Shown piece after piece: positions 40,394 to 53,589 of a stretch of 64,000 nt of DNA. Made by a program: the position numbers and the translations under genes. Under the pieces are notes generated by a model, which worked only from the letters and a program-made list of their open reading frames with translations, did no database searches and was not told the origin of the DNA. The number at the start of each line of letters is the position of its first letter. Within the stretch, counting starts at the first letter, position 1. The stretch is from Octopus vulgaris (Eukaryota), in assembly GCA_951406725.2 (NCBI GenBank), contig OX597832.1, positions 48,174,001 to 48,238,000 on the forward strand. Direction: 5' to 3'.

Positions 40394-41176
40394 AGTGAAT
40401 CTTTTTTCATCCTGCTTCTCCAAGATGTATTTTCAAAACATGTGTAGAAGAATTAACTTATGTATTGAAAATTAAGGACGACACTTTTAACACTTATAAA
40501 GTTTTTTGAAGTTTTGTAAAGCCTATTATATTCTTTTGTAGTCTTATACCATCTTATAAATATTTATTTTGCAATAAAATACTTACTACAGCCTTCAACA
40601 AGTGTAGACGGCTTCCTATCCCTTTCTTAAGCCGTTGTTCTCACGCTTTCAGAATAATTATTCCTTCGTTCGGCTTAACAGCCCTTACCGTTTCTATTAC
40701 TGTTATTCTGCTTGTCCTGTCTTTTACTGTTTTTATTTGTACTTTTACTGTCTTGTGTTGTTTTTACTCTCCTGTTTTTGTTACCACTTTTACCCCTCCG
40801 CAAAAAATCTCAAATCTTATCGAATTTGCTTTGCAGGAAGAGCCGTTTCACCGAAGTCGTGTCTCGCCGTTACCTTCGAAACACGAAGTAGACGAAGCGG
40901 AGGCGGCTGAAGAAGGGGAATTTTGCTTGTGTTGTATGTCTTGTACCCTGTCTTTTTCGTTGTTTAAAAAAAATGTCCGTGTCCATGGTTCTGTTTTTAT
41001 GCTTTCGTTTCTCATTGTGTTCGACGGTTTTTTGGTGTCATGTACCCATATATGCATGTATATATACATATAGATGTAGGTACGTAGATATAAGTATGTA
41101 TACATGCATGTGTTTTATTTATTATTTTGTTATTATATGATAGAACTCCACTCATCCACTTCTAAGTAGGTTTTAT

Positions 41177-41216
<40 letters not shown>

Positions 41217-41328
41217 TATATAAGGTGAGTCTTTTTTCATCTTGACTCTCCAGCATGTGTATCAAAACATGTACAGAAGAATGAACTTATCTATTGAAAA
41301 TGAAGGACGACACTTGAACCCTTCTTAA

Positions 41329-41364
<36 letters not shown>

Positions 41365-41367
<3 letters not shown>

Positions 41368-41515
41368 CGGGAAGCTTTATGAAAATAAACAAAAGACGAA
41401 GGCAGGTGGAAAACAAACGAACAATTGTATTAGTATGGCGCTCAGGAAATATAAATAAAACAAGTCTTTAACGTTTCGAGCCTACGCTCTTCAACAGAAA
41501 GATACACAGAGAGAG

Positions 41516-41520
<5 letters not shown>
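41365..41520 (-). mobile_element. Family F hammerhead element between (TA)n tracts
   Basis: Minus strand TCTTT-CTGTTGA-A-GAGC GTAG GCTC-GAAA-CGTT-AAAGA at 41465-41502. Confidence 0.75.
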
Positions 41521-41558
<38 letters not shown>

Positions 41559-41662
41559 GTATGTTTATCTATCTATATACATAGTGAGTGAAAGAGAGAC
41601 AGAAAGACAGAGACCGAGTGAGCGAGCGAGAGATAGATAGATAAATAGATAGAGATAGATAA

Positions 41663-41706
<44 letters not shown>

Positions 41707-42190
41707 AAAGAAAGAGAAAGTGAAAGAGAGAACGTTCTGAGAAAAAAAAACAAGGTGAGAAGGAGAGAGCAGTAGTGCGGAAACCGAGATATTGATACGC
41801 GTAGATATATATTCACAGATATCTATTTACATAATATTTAAAGAACGAGATGTAATACACCCATGACGAAGCGTTACGTTGAAGGTATATATATACTGGA
41901 TAGTATAAGATTTGATTACTTAATTCGATAAAGCTGTATGGCAGGAGAAATAGAGGTTAGAGTGAGAACGTCTGTCTTCGTTTTGTGGGTAATTGGTAGG
42001 TCATTTCCTAATTTGTTTTGTTTTTGTTTAGTTATGTGTGGCTTAGAAGCTTGCTTAATAATCCCGTGGTCTTGCGTTCAGCCATACTGAGCAGCAAGTG
42101 TCTTCTGCTATAGCTTCGGGACAACGAAACCCTTGGAGTGGACTTGATAGACGGAAGCTAAAAGAAACCCGCCGTATGCCTGTATATATA

Positions 42191-43448
42191 CGAGGGGCGT
42201 TCAATAAGTAATGCCCCTGACCCACTTGCAGTTGTTTGATCTAGCTGAAATTTTGCATGTGCACTTATTTATATCTCTATAGATTAAGTGGCAAATTACA
42301 ACTCTGAACTAATTGTGGTTTCTGATTTACAGGTGTTTGAACTGAGTCAAGTGTGAAATGGAGCCTGTTGAGTGTCGAGCAGTGATCTGGTTTTTGTATT
42401 TGAAAGGACGCACAGCACGGGAGACTTTTGATGAAATGAAAGTAACTTATGGTGATGATGCCTCATCATATGACCTTGTAAAACGCTGGCATTGTGAATT
42501 CAAACATGGTCGGAACTCTGTGGAAACAGCTCCCAGATCTGGACGCCCCCTTCTGCCGTTGATGAGACGTCTGTCCGTCAAGTTGAGGCTGCCATTTTGG
42601 AAGGTCAACGCATAACTATTTGCCAAATAGCCCATAAGGTCAAGATTAGTACCGGGTCTGTGGAAACTATCATTCATGACCATTTGCATATGCAAAAGGT
42701 GTCTGCCAGATGGATTTCCAGGTTGCTCACACCTTTCCAGAAGCAAGAACGCGTTGAGTGCTCGAAGATGAATTTGGAGATGTGCCAAGAAGATGAGTCA
42801 AAATTTTTCAAAAGACTGATTACACAGGATAAAACCTGGGTCCATCACTATGATCCATAGACCAAAGCCCAGTCAATGCAGTGAAAGCACCGTGACTCAC
42901 CTCCTCCAAAGAAGGCAAGGGTGCAGCCCTCCGCTGACAAGGTTATGCTCACAGTCTTCTGGGACCAGGACAGAGTAGTGATGACAGATTTCCTGGCAAA
43001 GGGTACCACAATTACAGGAGCCTATTATGCTTCACTTTTGAGGAAATTAAGAGAAGCTATCAAAATCAAGAGGCGGGGCAAGATCAGCAAAGGCATCCTC
43101 CTCCTGCAGGACAACGCTCCGGTCCACAACTCGCTTGTCGCCAGATCAGAAGCACAGGCGTGCAGCTATGAACTCCTCCCCTTGCACCCTCTGATTTTCA
43201 CCTCTTCCCAGCCATGAAGTTGATTTTGAAAGGAAAGCGTTTCCCAGATGATGCAGCCTTGATTTCGGAAGTCACGTCGTGGTAGGAGGACCAAGCTGGG
43301 GTCTTCTACAAAATCGGTCTCCAGAACTGTATCAAACGATGCATAACTCTGGGTAGTTCCTATGTAGGAAAAGACTAATAACTGTGCCAAGTGTCGTTGC
43401 TCTACTGCTATGGGAAGTGGGTCAGGGGCATTACTTATTGAACGCCCC

Positions 43449-43451
<3 letters not shown>
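42191..43451 (+). mobile_element. Full-length mariner transposon (1261 bp), TA TSD, 37-bp TIRs
   Basis: CGAGGGGCGTTCAATAAGTAATGCCCCTGACCCACTT and its reverse complement (2 terminal mismatches); TA on both sides. Confidence 0.95.
42358..43378 (+). pseudogene. Mariner transposase pseudogene (irritans/Hsmar2-like)
   Basis: MEPVECRAVIWFL..., RSGRP, KVSARWISRLL, LITQDKTWVHHYDP, LLLQDNAPVH; frameshifts, stops and a deletion over the PYSPD motif. Confidence 0.9.
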
Positions 43452-43500
<49 letters not shown>

Positions 43501-43616
43501 TCTTTTACTCTCTCTTTTACTCTTTTACTTGTTTCAGTCATGTGACTGCAGCCATGCTGGAGCACCGCCTTTAGTCCAGCAAATCGACCCCGGAACTTAT
43601 TCTATCGCTCTCTTTT

Positions 43617-44205
43617 GCCCGGACAAAATGCTTCACGGCATTTCGTCCGGCATTACGTCCTGAGTTCAAATTCCGCCGAGGTCGACTTTGCCTTTCATCC
43701 TTTCGGGGTCGATAAATTAAATACTAGTTGCGTACTGAGGTCGATCTAATCGACTGCCCACCCCTGCCCCCAAATTTTGGGCCTTGTGCCTAGAGTAGGA
43801 AAGAAAAGAATATTTAGTCATATCTAGGGCAGCGAGCTGGCAGAATCGTTAGCACTCTGGACAAAATGCTTCCCGGCATTTCGTCCGTCATTATGTTCTG
43901 AGTTCAAATTTCGCTGAGGTTGACTTTGCCTTTCATCATTTCGTTGTGGGCTGACCATATGCCAAAATTTGAAAGCAATCAGATGTAGGGTAGTGAGCTG
44001 GCAGAATCGTTAGCACGCCGGGCAAAAAATGCTTAGCTGCTTTTCGTCCGTCTTTGCGTTCTGAGTTCAAATTCCGACGAATTTGACTTTGCCTTTCAAC
44101 TTTTCGAGGCCGGTAAAATAAGAACCTGTCGAACACTGAGGTCGATGTAACCGACTTAGTCCCTTCTCTGAAATTGCTGGCCTTGAGCCGAAATCTGAAA
44201 TCAAT
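43617..44205 (+). mobile_element. Cluster of three SINE A2 (alternative tail) copies
   Basis: Heads near 43827 and 43988; tail GGCCTTGTGCC...GAAA. Confidence 0.75.
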
Positions 44206-44364
44206 ATTTAGTCACATTTCTATACGTTTCAGATTTCAAATATCGCCTGCATTGATTTTGCTTTTCATTCCTGTTTGGATTCGATAAAAATGAATACTAG
44301 CAATCTTTAAAACATTCGTGGCTGTGAAAAAGATAGAAATCAATACAGAAATATCGAAATATCG

Positions 44365-44560
44365 ATTAACTGTGGCCTTGAATTTATTAAGTTAATAATA
44401 TGTAAGCGGCCTTGGAGATATTTAGTTAACATCTAAAGCAGCCCTGAATCTATTAATTTAACATCTAAGCGGCCTTGAAGCTATTAAATTAACATCTAAG
44501 CGGCCTTGAAGCCATTAAGTTGACTTATAAGCGGCCTTAACATTATTGAGTAACATCTAA
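44365..44560. repeat. About 31-bp minisatellite (AACATCTAAGCGGCCTTGAAGCTATTAAATT), about 6 units
   Basis: Direct reading. Confidence 0.8.
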
Positions 44561-44896
44561 TCGATGCATGAAAATTTGATTTTATTAGCTGCGAAAGGAC
44601 TGATTTGTTAGAGTGTTGGATGAAATACTTTTGCAGTGTTTATTCCGACTCACCGCGTTTTGAGTTCAAGCCAAGGTGTTGTCAAGTTTGTCTTTTATCT
44701 TTTTGTGGTCGATGAATAAAGTACTAGTTTTGCGTGGTGGACTGATAGAATAGTTAGCGTGTCCAAATGAGATCCTTTCAGTATTTGTTACGGCTTTCTG
44801 AGTTCAAATTCTGCCTTGACCTATACGGGACGTCGATTTATTTTGTGTCAGATTTTAAACCATCATCTACTTTTTGGGTACCTTTAGTGGAAGAGT

Positions 44897-45392
44897 TCTA
44901 TCTATCTATCCGCTCAGTCGAAGTCGACTCTCGGTCACTCATTGGATCAGTGTCCTCCAGTCAGTTCTACCCTGGGCCGCTTCTTTCAGATTGGCTATAT
45001 CTATTCCGGTATCCCTCTTGATGGTGTCAAGCCAGCGGGTTCTTGGTCGGCCTCTTCCTCTCTTGCCACTGACCATTCCAAGCATGATGTCCTTCTCCAG
45101 GGATTTTCTCCGCATAATATGACCGAAATATGCCAATCTATGCTTGGTGATCCTAGCTTCTAGCGAAATTTTCGGCCTGATTTGCATAAGAACTTCTCCA
45201 TTGGTGAGCCTCGCTGTCCAGGAAATCCGTAAAAGTCTTCTCCAACACCAAAGCTCGAATGCATTAATTCTCTTCTTGTCAGCTTTCTTTAGTGTCCAGG
45301 TCTCGCATCCATATGTTGCTATTGGGAAGAGAATTGCATTCACCAATCTGCATTTGTTAGCGAGTCTGATGTCTCTACTCTTCCAGTTCACT
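44897..45392 (-). mobile_element. RTE/BovB-like LINE 3' fragment with (GATA)n tail
   Basis: About 148 open codons: WKSRDI...YGCETWTL...AFELWCWRRLLRISW...YFGHIMRR...GKRGRGRPRTRWLD...WR. Confidence 0.92.
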
Positions 45393-45529
45393 CTGTTGTA
45401 AATATTCAACCCATATCTCCGATTTGAAGATATCTTCCTTTTTTTTTTATCCACCCTCACTATTTTTGCGGACCTTGAGAAACATCATAAGTCCTGCTCA
45501 AGATCCCGTTCCTCCTTCTGCTGAAACCA

Positions 45530-45723
45530 TAACACACATGGTAGACCGTCGTGTAACAATCCAGGGAATTACTCATGAACTGGGAATAAGCACAGAATCA
45601 GTGCATTCCATTTTAACTGAGAAGTTTTGCATGTGGAGAGTGTCGGCGACATTTTGAACGCACCTCATAATCTAAAACCCCTTGTTCAACAGGCTCCATA
45701 CTCTCCCGACTTGGCTCCGTGAC
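45530..45723 (+). pseudogene. Internally deleted mariner transposase relic
   Basis: DRRVTIQGITHELGISTESVHSIL (HTH) and QAPYSPDLAP. Confidence 0.75.
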
Positions 45724-45724
45724 A

Positions 45725-46260
45725 TAATCGATAAAACTCCCGAAAGTCAATCAGAGCCACTGCAAAGGACCTCAAGGTTTCAGAACTTATCATCTGATAT
45801 GTTGTGCATGAGGACATCCACTATAAGACATATGTGATGCGAAGGGGCCAGTTTATGTCGGATGTGACAAGTGAGAATCGTTCGATCCGTGCAAAGCGCT
45901 TGCTAAACAAGTTAAAATACCAAGAGGCTAGAATGCTTTGGTTTTTGCCCGATTAGAAAAACTTTAATTAGGACCAAAGGGTAAATCGAAAGAACGACAA
46001 ATGGTTATGCAAAGACCCGAATGTGGTTCCAACAGACATGCATACCAAGTTCCCGGCGACTGTTATGCTTCTGAGAGTCGTCAGCAACGAAGGATATGTC
46101 AAGCCTCCTCACTGATTTTCACAGGGCTTTAGAATCAATGCCGCTGTCTGCACATAAGTACTGAAGAGAGTTGTGAAACTCTGGATAGACAGAGAACACA
46201 AAGGAAGACTATACGTCTTCTCAAAAACAAGACTCTGCGCCGTCTCGTAAGGCTAGGGCC
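45725..46260 (+). pseudogene. DD37D (maT-like) transposase relic
   Basis: RKSIRATAKDLKVSE, RAKRLLNKLK, LWFLPD-KNF, HTKFPATVMLLRVVSNEG, YVF..QDSAPS; several stops. Confidence 0.75.
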
Positions 46261-46876
46261 ACCGAAAAGTAGATGCGTGCCTGTCTGCCTTTGTATCGTC
46301 TATCTCTCCGAATGTTTTATTGTCCTCTCTTGCGTTTTTGTTCCACTATGTAGGTGTGGTATATTCCGTTAGAAACTCGGCAAAGTATAGTTTAAAGCTC
46401 GTCCACACTCAGAGCTCAGAGTTACCCAATTACTATCTTTTAGCATTATCATATACTACCAGGTTTATGTTTGGGTATTCGTCGTGTGTGAATAGAAAAT
46501 TTAAGAAATTGGCGTCAACAAGGAGTACACTTGGACAGTTATTTTTTAATCATAACAATTTTTTTCATACAACGTGGTTCTCCGAAAATGCAGGTATTTG
46601 ATTATACAACTGTTTGTTTGCATAAAGAGATCCAGTTTTGTTTCCTCAGATGATATTCAAGTGGTGTCTCCGTTAGTTTAAAATCTTCGTCACTTTCGGC
46701 GAATCACGTTGCATGGGAATAACTGTAATGATTGAACTATAACTGTCCAACCGTATCCTTTCTTGTTTGCTCCAATTTCTTCTATCAAATGTATGTATGT
46801 ATGTATGTATGTATGTATGTATGTATGTATGTATGTATGTATGTATGTATGTATGGATGGATGGATGGATGTATGT

Positions 46877-47045
46877 TTAAGCGTGCTGCTCGAAAGCGCA
46901 CTGCTAGGATAGTGAATGGGTAAGACTTGGTTTGCAATGTTTGTAGTCGTGTATGCTTGTCAAGAGCAGGGCTCATTAGCCACCAACATATTAGTCCTAG
47001 AACGCAAAATGCTCTTAAAGGTCAGCAATGGATGGCCATCATATA
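46877..47045 (+). mobile_element. RTE-type LINE 3' end with C2H2 finger
   Basis: KRAARKR...LVCNVCSRVCLSRAGLISHQ. Confidence 0.65.
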
Positions 47046-47067
47046 TTATGTATGTATGTACGTATGA

Positions 47068-47215
47068 GTGGAGGCGCGTGGCTTAGTGGTTAGGGTGTCA
47101 GCATGGTGATCGTAAGATTGTGGTTTCGATTCCTGGACCGGGCGACGAGTTGTGTTCTTGAGCAAAACACTTCATTTCATGTTGCTCCAGTCCACTGAGC
47201 TGGCAAAAATGAGTA
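47068..47215 (+). mobile_element. SINE D head/core, tail replaced by (TATG)n
   Basis: Family match. Confidence 0.8.
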
Positions 47216-47582
47216 TGTATGTATGTATGTATGTATGTATGTATGTATGTATGTATGTATGTATGTATGTATGTATGTATGTATGTATGTATGTATGTAT
47301 GTATGCTTGCATGCATGTATATATGTGAGTGGTTGTGTGTGTGATGTACAGATGTACAGATAATAGACACTGGTGGATTTCTAATGTACTAATGCTTAAA
47401 TATTGCATTATTAAAGTGATATGTACTTTTACTTAACTTACACCCATGCAGATCTAAGCACACACACGCGCACATACACACACAGACAAACACACACACA
47501 TATTTATATGTATATATATATTGATATACATATACATATACATACATATGTATATACGTATATATATATGCAAATACATACG

Positions 47583-47648
<66 letters not shown>

Positions 47649-48227
47649 CACACACTCACACAAAATACCCACCATACGGATTCACCCACACTTTATTAAC
47701 AGATCACTCGTACACACTTTTAAAATCTAAATACTCCTCGTATACACTTTCACACGCACCGCACACACTGATACACAAATGAAATTCAACATACACACTG
47801 GTATAGATAAATTAGCCGCAAATCTATCTCTGCGGTAGCACATTTCAACAAACGCAGACGAACTTCCGGTGTAAAGCGGCTGTAAAGCCTATACGCAGAG
47901 CGGTATAATAGGATCGGATGTTGTTTTGATACGAGTATTAAGTATAAAGTATTCGGTTTCCGGTCTGATATAGTTTGAATAATCCAATGTCAGACTTGGA
48001 AATTTTTTATAATCTTCAGATTATATTTGTGTGTGTGTATATGCATGTATGTATGTATGTATGTATGTATGTATGTATGTATGTATGTATGTATGTATGT
48101 ATGTATGTATGTATGTATGTATATGTATGTGTATATGTGTGTGCGTATGCATGTAATTTTGTATGTTAGCTCATATACCTGTATGTATATAAGTGTATGC
48201 ATGTATGCAAGCATGTATGCATGAATG

Positions 48228-48261
<34 letters not shown>

Positions 48262-49064
48262 TGTATGTATGTATGTATGTATGTATGTATGTATGTATGT
48301 ATGCATGTATATATGTACCTGTGCGGGTATGTATATGTGTACGTATACGCGTGTATGTTCATATATTTGTATATATGAACATGTATATATATATATATAT
48401 TTATGTGTGTTTGTGTGTGTGTGTGTGTAAATCGCTGGTTCTCCGTCGTTCGACGATGAGGATAAAACTGTTCAATCAATTACTTGCTTTGAGCCAATGT
48501 CCACGTAGCAGAGTATGCCGCAGACAAATATACACACCCCACCTTAATTCTTACACCCCTCCACCGTATATCTCCCAGTAAGACCACTGAATTAAGAAAC
48601 CCTCACTCACTCACACACACACACACACACACATACACGCACGTGCAGAGTCTTCTACTAAACATTCTTCTTTCTGGTTTTGAGTTACATATCCCAGCGC
48701 CCCATTAATTACGGATAAAAAAATCTGAAATTGTAATCCGGGTGGAATAGCTGTAAACTTCTCTATAGTTCTGTATGGATGTTTTCTTTTTGACTCTTCT
48801 TTAAACTTTTTGCCGACATCCACTGGGCAACTGATTTCCAAAGTTTTAGATAATTTACAACTGAGTAGGCCGGAACAACGTGAAATGAAGTGCCTTGCTC
48901 AAGCTCTCAATGCACTGCCTGGTGCCGGGATTAAAACTACTTTTATTATTATGAGTAGAAAACCTGGCATGTTTTGCTGTACCTGTTGCTTTTTTGTTGC
49001 TTTTACAGAAACAGGCATGTCCACCGCTGAAACATCTTCCATTATAGTTTTTGCCCGTTAGTGG

Positions 49065-49435
49065 ATTGTCACCCATAATTATGACCCTAGTATCGATCTA
49101 TTGCATTTCAGTCTGTTTTAGGGTAGGGTTAGGGGTGGGGGGAAGGGTATCTTTTTTTCTTCACAAATGTAAGTAAACCCAATCTGTTTCTTAAACGAGG
49201 GACATATTCATACGGCAAGAATGTTTTTTTTTACCTCTATGGATGTCATTGATTGGTTGAAATTGCAGAAATTGAAGAAAAAACAACAACAAATATCTTA
49301 CGAACTATAGAATTTTCTCAATAAAGCCAAGAGAAAAAGATGTTTTATAAACACATTCTACCACTATACGAAGTTTAAAATTTTTTAGTTACCTAGAAAT
49401 TATGTTAAAAACTGCCGTTCAAACCGAAAAGATCC
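49065..49435. mobile_element. Third (5'-truncated) copy of the Merlin-like MITE
   Basis: Body and right TIR match 4525-4943; left TIR absent. Confidence 0.85.
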
Positions 49436-49697
49436 AAATATTCCGTACAAGAGCTTTTATTTATACGATTTTGTAATTTTATGTTTATTTCATTCATTCT
49501 TTGCCCCTCTTTCTCTCTCACACGCAGTTACATACGCCACGTGTATTTTTGTATATACATTTGTATACATTTATGTATGTCGAGAGAGAGCCAGCGAGAG
49601 AGAGAGAGAGAGTCAATCAGTCAAAGGATGTGTTGTCATGTATACGTAAATACATAAATACATATGCATACATCTTTTTTGTATATATATGTGTGTG

Positions 49698-49757
<60 letters not shown>

Positions 49758-50215
49758 ACAGAGTGAAAGGGAGAGAGAGAGAGAGCGATGTCCAAGTGGC
49801 ACTCACTTCATTGACTGAAGTATCAGTATCAGATTCTCCAAGGGAACTCTATAACCTTTTTGCAATTATACTGAACATGTGAAAGAATTTGCAAGAGTCT
49901 GTATGTCTTTCTTCCTACTTCTGCCATAAAGCAGAGGAACCATGGTGTATCCCCACTGTGGTGTAGTAAAACTTTCAGACCCTAGTCTAGATTGCGAATC
50001 CTCTGTACCCCAGGATAGTTCAGCTCTCCAATCGGTAAAAAAAATCCACCGTTTACAGAATGAGGATAGCAACGTAGCTTTCTCGCCCGTGCAACTGCTA
50101 GTAAATCGCGTGTGGTGGGTGGATCGCCAAGTTGCCACACAAGCATTTTTAGTAGCTTAGAGTAGGCTCGAATTAGAGATTATTCTTTGTGGCTAATGGC
50201 GTGAGTCATGATTGG

Positions 50216-50490
50216 AAGAAGAAGAAGAAGAAGAAGAAGAAGAAGAAGAAGAAGAAGAAGAAGAAGAAGAAGAAGAAGAAGAAGAAGAAGAGAATGAGGA
50301 GGAGGAGGAGAAGAAGAAGAAAAAGAAGAAAGAAGAAAGAAGAAGAAGAAGAAGAAGAAGAAGAAGAAGAAGAAGAAGAATGAGGAGGAGGAGGAGAAGA
50401 AGAAGAAGAAGAAGAAGAAGAAGAAGAAGAAGAAGAAGAAGAAGAAGAAGAAGAAGAAGAAGAAGAAGAAGAAGAAGAAGAAGAAGAAGA
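50216..50490. repeat. (GAA)n tract, possibly the tail of an unidentified retroelement ending at 50215
   Basis: Direct reading; the tail origin is inference. Confidence 0.9.
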
Positions 50491-50582
50491 CAGCAGCAGA
50501 AGCAGTTTTCATTACAGCAGAAGGGACTGATGTAAAGGAGTCTTGAGTACGTACATTTCGGTTTTGCACTACTGAGAGAGGG

Positions 50583-50720
<138 letters not shown>

Positions 50721-50794
50721 TAACAGGGAATCGTGATTTCGTGATGTTATACAAATTGGTAAAAATTAATTGATTCTAGCAACATATTTAAAAG

Positions 50795-51118
50795 GAGCAC
50801 ACCGTCGGTTGCGACGACGAGGGTCCCAGCTGACACGATCAACGGAACAGCCTGCTCGTGAAATTCACGTGCAAGTGGCTGAGCACTCCACTGACATGTG
50901 TACCCTTAACGTAGTTCGCAAGGAGATTCAGCGCGACAGAGTGTGACAAGGCTGGCCCTTTTTTGAAATACAGGTACTACTCATTTTTACCAGCTGAGTG
51001 GACTGGAGCAACGTGAAATAAAGTGTCTTGCTCAAGGACGCAACGTGTCACAGGGAATTGAATTCACGACCTTACGGTCATGAGCAGAATGCCCTAACCA
51101 CTAAGCCACGCGCCTTCA
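50795..51118 (-). mobile_element. SINE D head/core with tail type 2
   Basis: Matches 6372-6677. Confidence 0.85.
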
Positions 51119-51182
51119 TCCACTCTCTCTCTGTCTCTCTGTTATGTTTGTATGATTATGTATGTGTATGTGTGTGAATGTG

Positions 51183-51217
<35 letters not shown>

Positions 51218-51499
51218 AAGGCTTCGATAAGCGGTGAAAGGATCCCTTGCTGGATGGCTTGACTTCCATCGTCCGTTTGTCACATAATAAAGTGTCTTGC
51301 TCAAGGACACAATGTGTCGCCGGGAATCGAACTCCTGACCTTACGATCGGGAGCAGAATGCCCTATCCACTAAGCCACGCGCCTACACACACACACACAC
51401 ACACACACACTCTCTCTCTCTCTCTATGTGTGTGTTATGCTTGTATGATGATATATGTATATGTGTGTGAATCTGTGTGTGTGTGAGTGTGTGTGTGAA

Positions 51500-51569
<70 letters not shown>

Positions 51570-52165
51570 CGTGCGTGCCCGTGTAAGGCTTCGATAAGCG
51601 GTAAATGGATCCCTAGCTCGATGGCTCGACTTCCCTCATTCGTTCGTCACATTAATATTCTAAACTTGAACCGGACTTAAAGAACGGTGGGAATAAGAAG
51701 AGGAGACGGAAGAGGAGCGACGGAAGAGAAAGAGAAGGAGAAGGAGAGGAAGGGAGGAGGAGGGGGTAAGAGGAGATTCGGCAAAACAATAGGAGAACAA
51801 AAAGATTTGCAACAGCAACAACAACAATAACTGCCGCCATAACAACAATTACAACAAGCAATGGCTGCTCGCCTTCCCAAAAACCAATTCATAATTCTAT
51901 TTCCGGTCCCTAAGTTCGAAATGTTAATTGGTTCTGTGTAAACAGAAGATATTTCCTTATCTGAGTGAAAACATAACACCAACTGTTGAACCGAATGGTT
52001 TGTGTAGATACAGAAGTATGTGTGTGTATATAAGTGTGCGTATGTAAAGTATATTTATTTACACACACACACGTTCACGCACAAATATACATACACGCAT
52101 ATGTATATATATATATAAATAAATGTGTGTGCGTGTGTGTGTGTGTCTATGTGTGTGTGTGAATG

Positions 52166-52241
<76 letters not shown>

Positions 52242-52242
52242 T

Positions 52243-52290
<48 letters not shown>

Positions 52291-52376
52291 ATGGACGCGA
52301 TTTGTATGGTTGTGTGTGTGTGCGTGTGTGTGCATGCGTGAATGTTAGTGTGTTTTAAGTGTGAGCATGTGATGCA

Positions 52377-52413
<37 letters not shown>

Positions 52414-52831
52414 TGTTTCTTAATGCTACAAGTTTTCTTGGAGATTATCAGTTGAAGGATGATCCCGCACATTACCGCTAAAGACCCTTGAATCTTACTA
52501 GCCGAGTCCATTGCACTGCAAAAGGGGAGGTAGTATAGCAATTTTTTTTTTTGCTTTTTATACAGAATCAGTAGTGCCACTATGTTGTCGTCCAATCTGC
52601 AAGAGATAGCAGCTATATCACACACAATTGTCTTAGAGAAGATTGAAAAATGTAGTTCATGATATACTATGCCTGTAAAAAGAAAACGGCATTACAAGAT
52701 GAAAAATAAACTAAGATTAAAAAAAGAATATGATTTTATTTAACAGATGCAGGTACAAATTAGAATGTTACTAAGGTAGAGTATGTTTAATCTTTATTAA
52801 ACCACTTAGAAATTATAGAACAAAACTATTT

Positions 52832-53410
52832 CTAACCGTATGCAAATCAATTTTTAATCATATGCAAAATTATTTTTATTTTAACCGTATGCAAATCAAT
52901 TTTTAATCGTATGCAAATCAATTTTTAACCGTATGCAAATCAATTTTTAATCGTATGCAAATCAACTTTTAACCGTATGCAAATCAACTTTTTATCGTAT
53001 GCAAATCAATTTTTAACCGTATGCAAATCAACTTTTAACCGTATGCAAATCAATTTTTAATCGTATGCAAATCAACTTTTAACCGTATGCAAATCAATTT
53101 TTAATCATATGCACAATTATTTTTATTTTAACCGTATGCAAATCAACTTTTAACCGTATGCAAATCAACTTTTTATCGTATGCAGATGAATTTTTAACCG
53201 TATGCAAATCAACTTTTAACCATATGCAAAATTATTTAAATTTTAACTGTATGTAAATAAATTTTAACTGTATACAAATCAACTTTTAACCGTATGCAAA
53301 TCAACTTTTAACCGTATGCAAATCAACTTTTAACCGTATGCAAATCAATTTTTAACCGGATGCAAAATTATTTTTATCTCAACCGTATGTAAATCAATTT
53401 TTAACCGTAC
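52832..53410. repeat. 22-bp minisatellite AACCGTATGCAAATCAA(T/C)TTTT, about 25 units
   Basis: Direct reading; about 17 perfect ATGCAAAT octamers counted. Confidence 0.95.
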
Positions 53411-53589
53411 TCGATACAGGGTACAACTTATTGTATGCCATTGCACAGCATTCCCGGATTTCTGGAAATTCTGGATAAGTCCTTTGCTGGTGTATCAAAA
53501 GAAAAAAAATATATAATATGATCCAAGGGCAGACATGAGAGTGTCTGGAAATGAATCAGAATATGCTATTATTGATGACAGGGTACAGA

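Noticed and set aside
49866-50215. Possible host exon or LINE 3' end before (GAA)n
   Set aside because: No recognisable protein motif in any frame; left unassigned.
52832-53410. CRISPR array
   Set aside because: Units are contiguous with no spacers; eukaryotic context.
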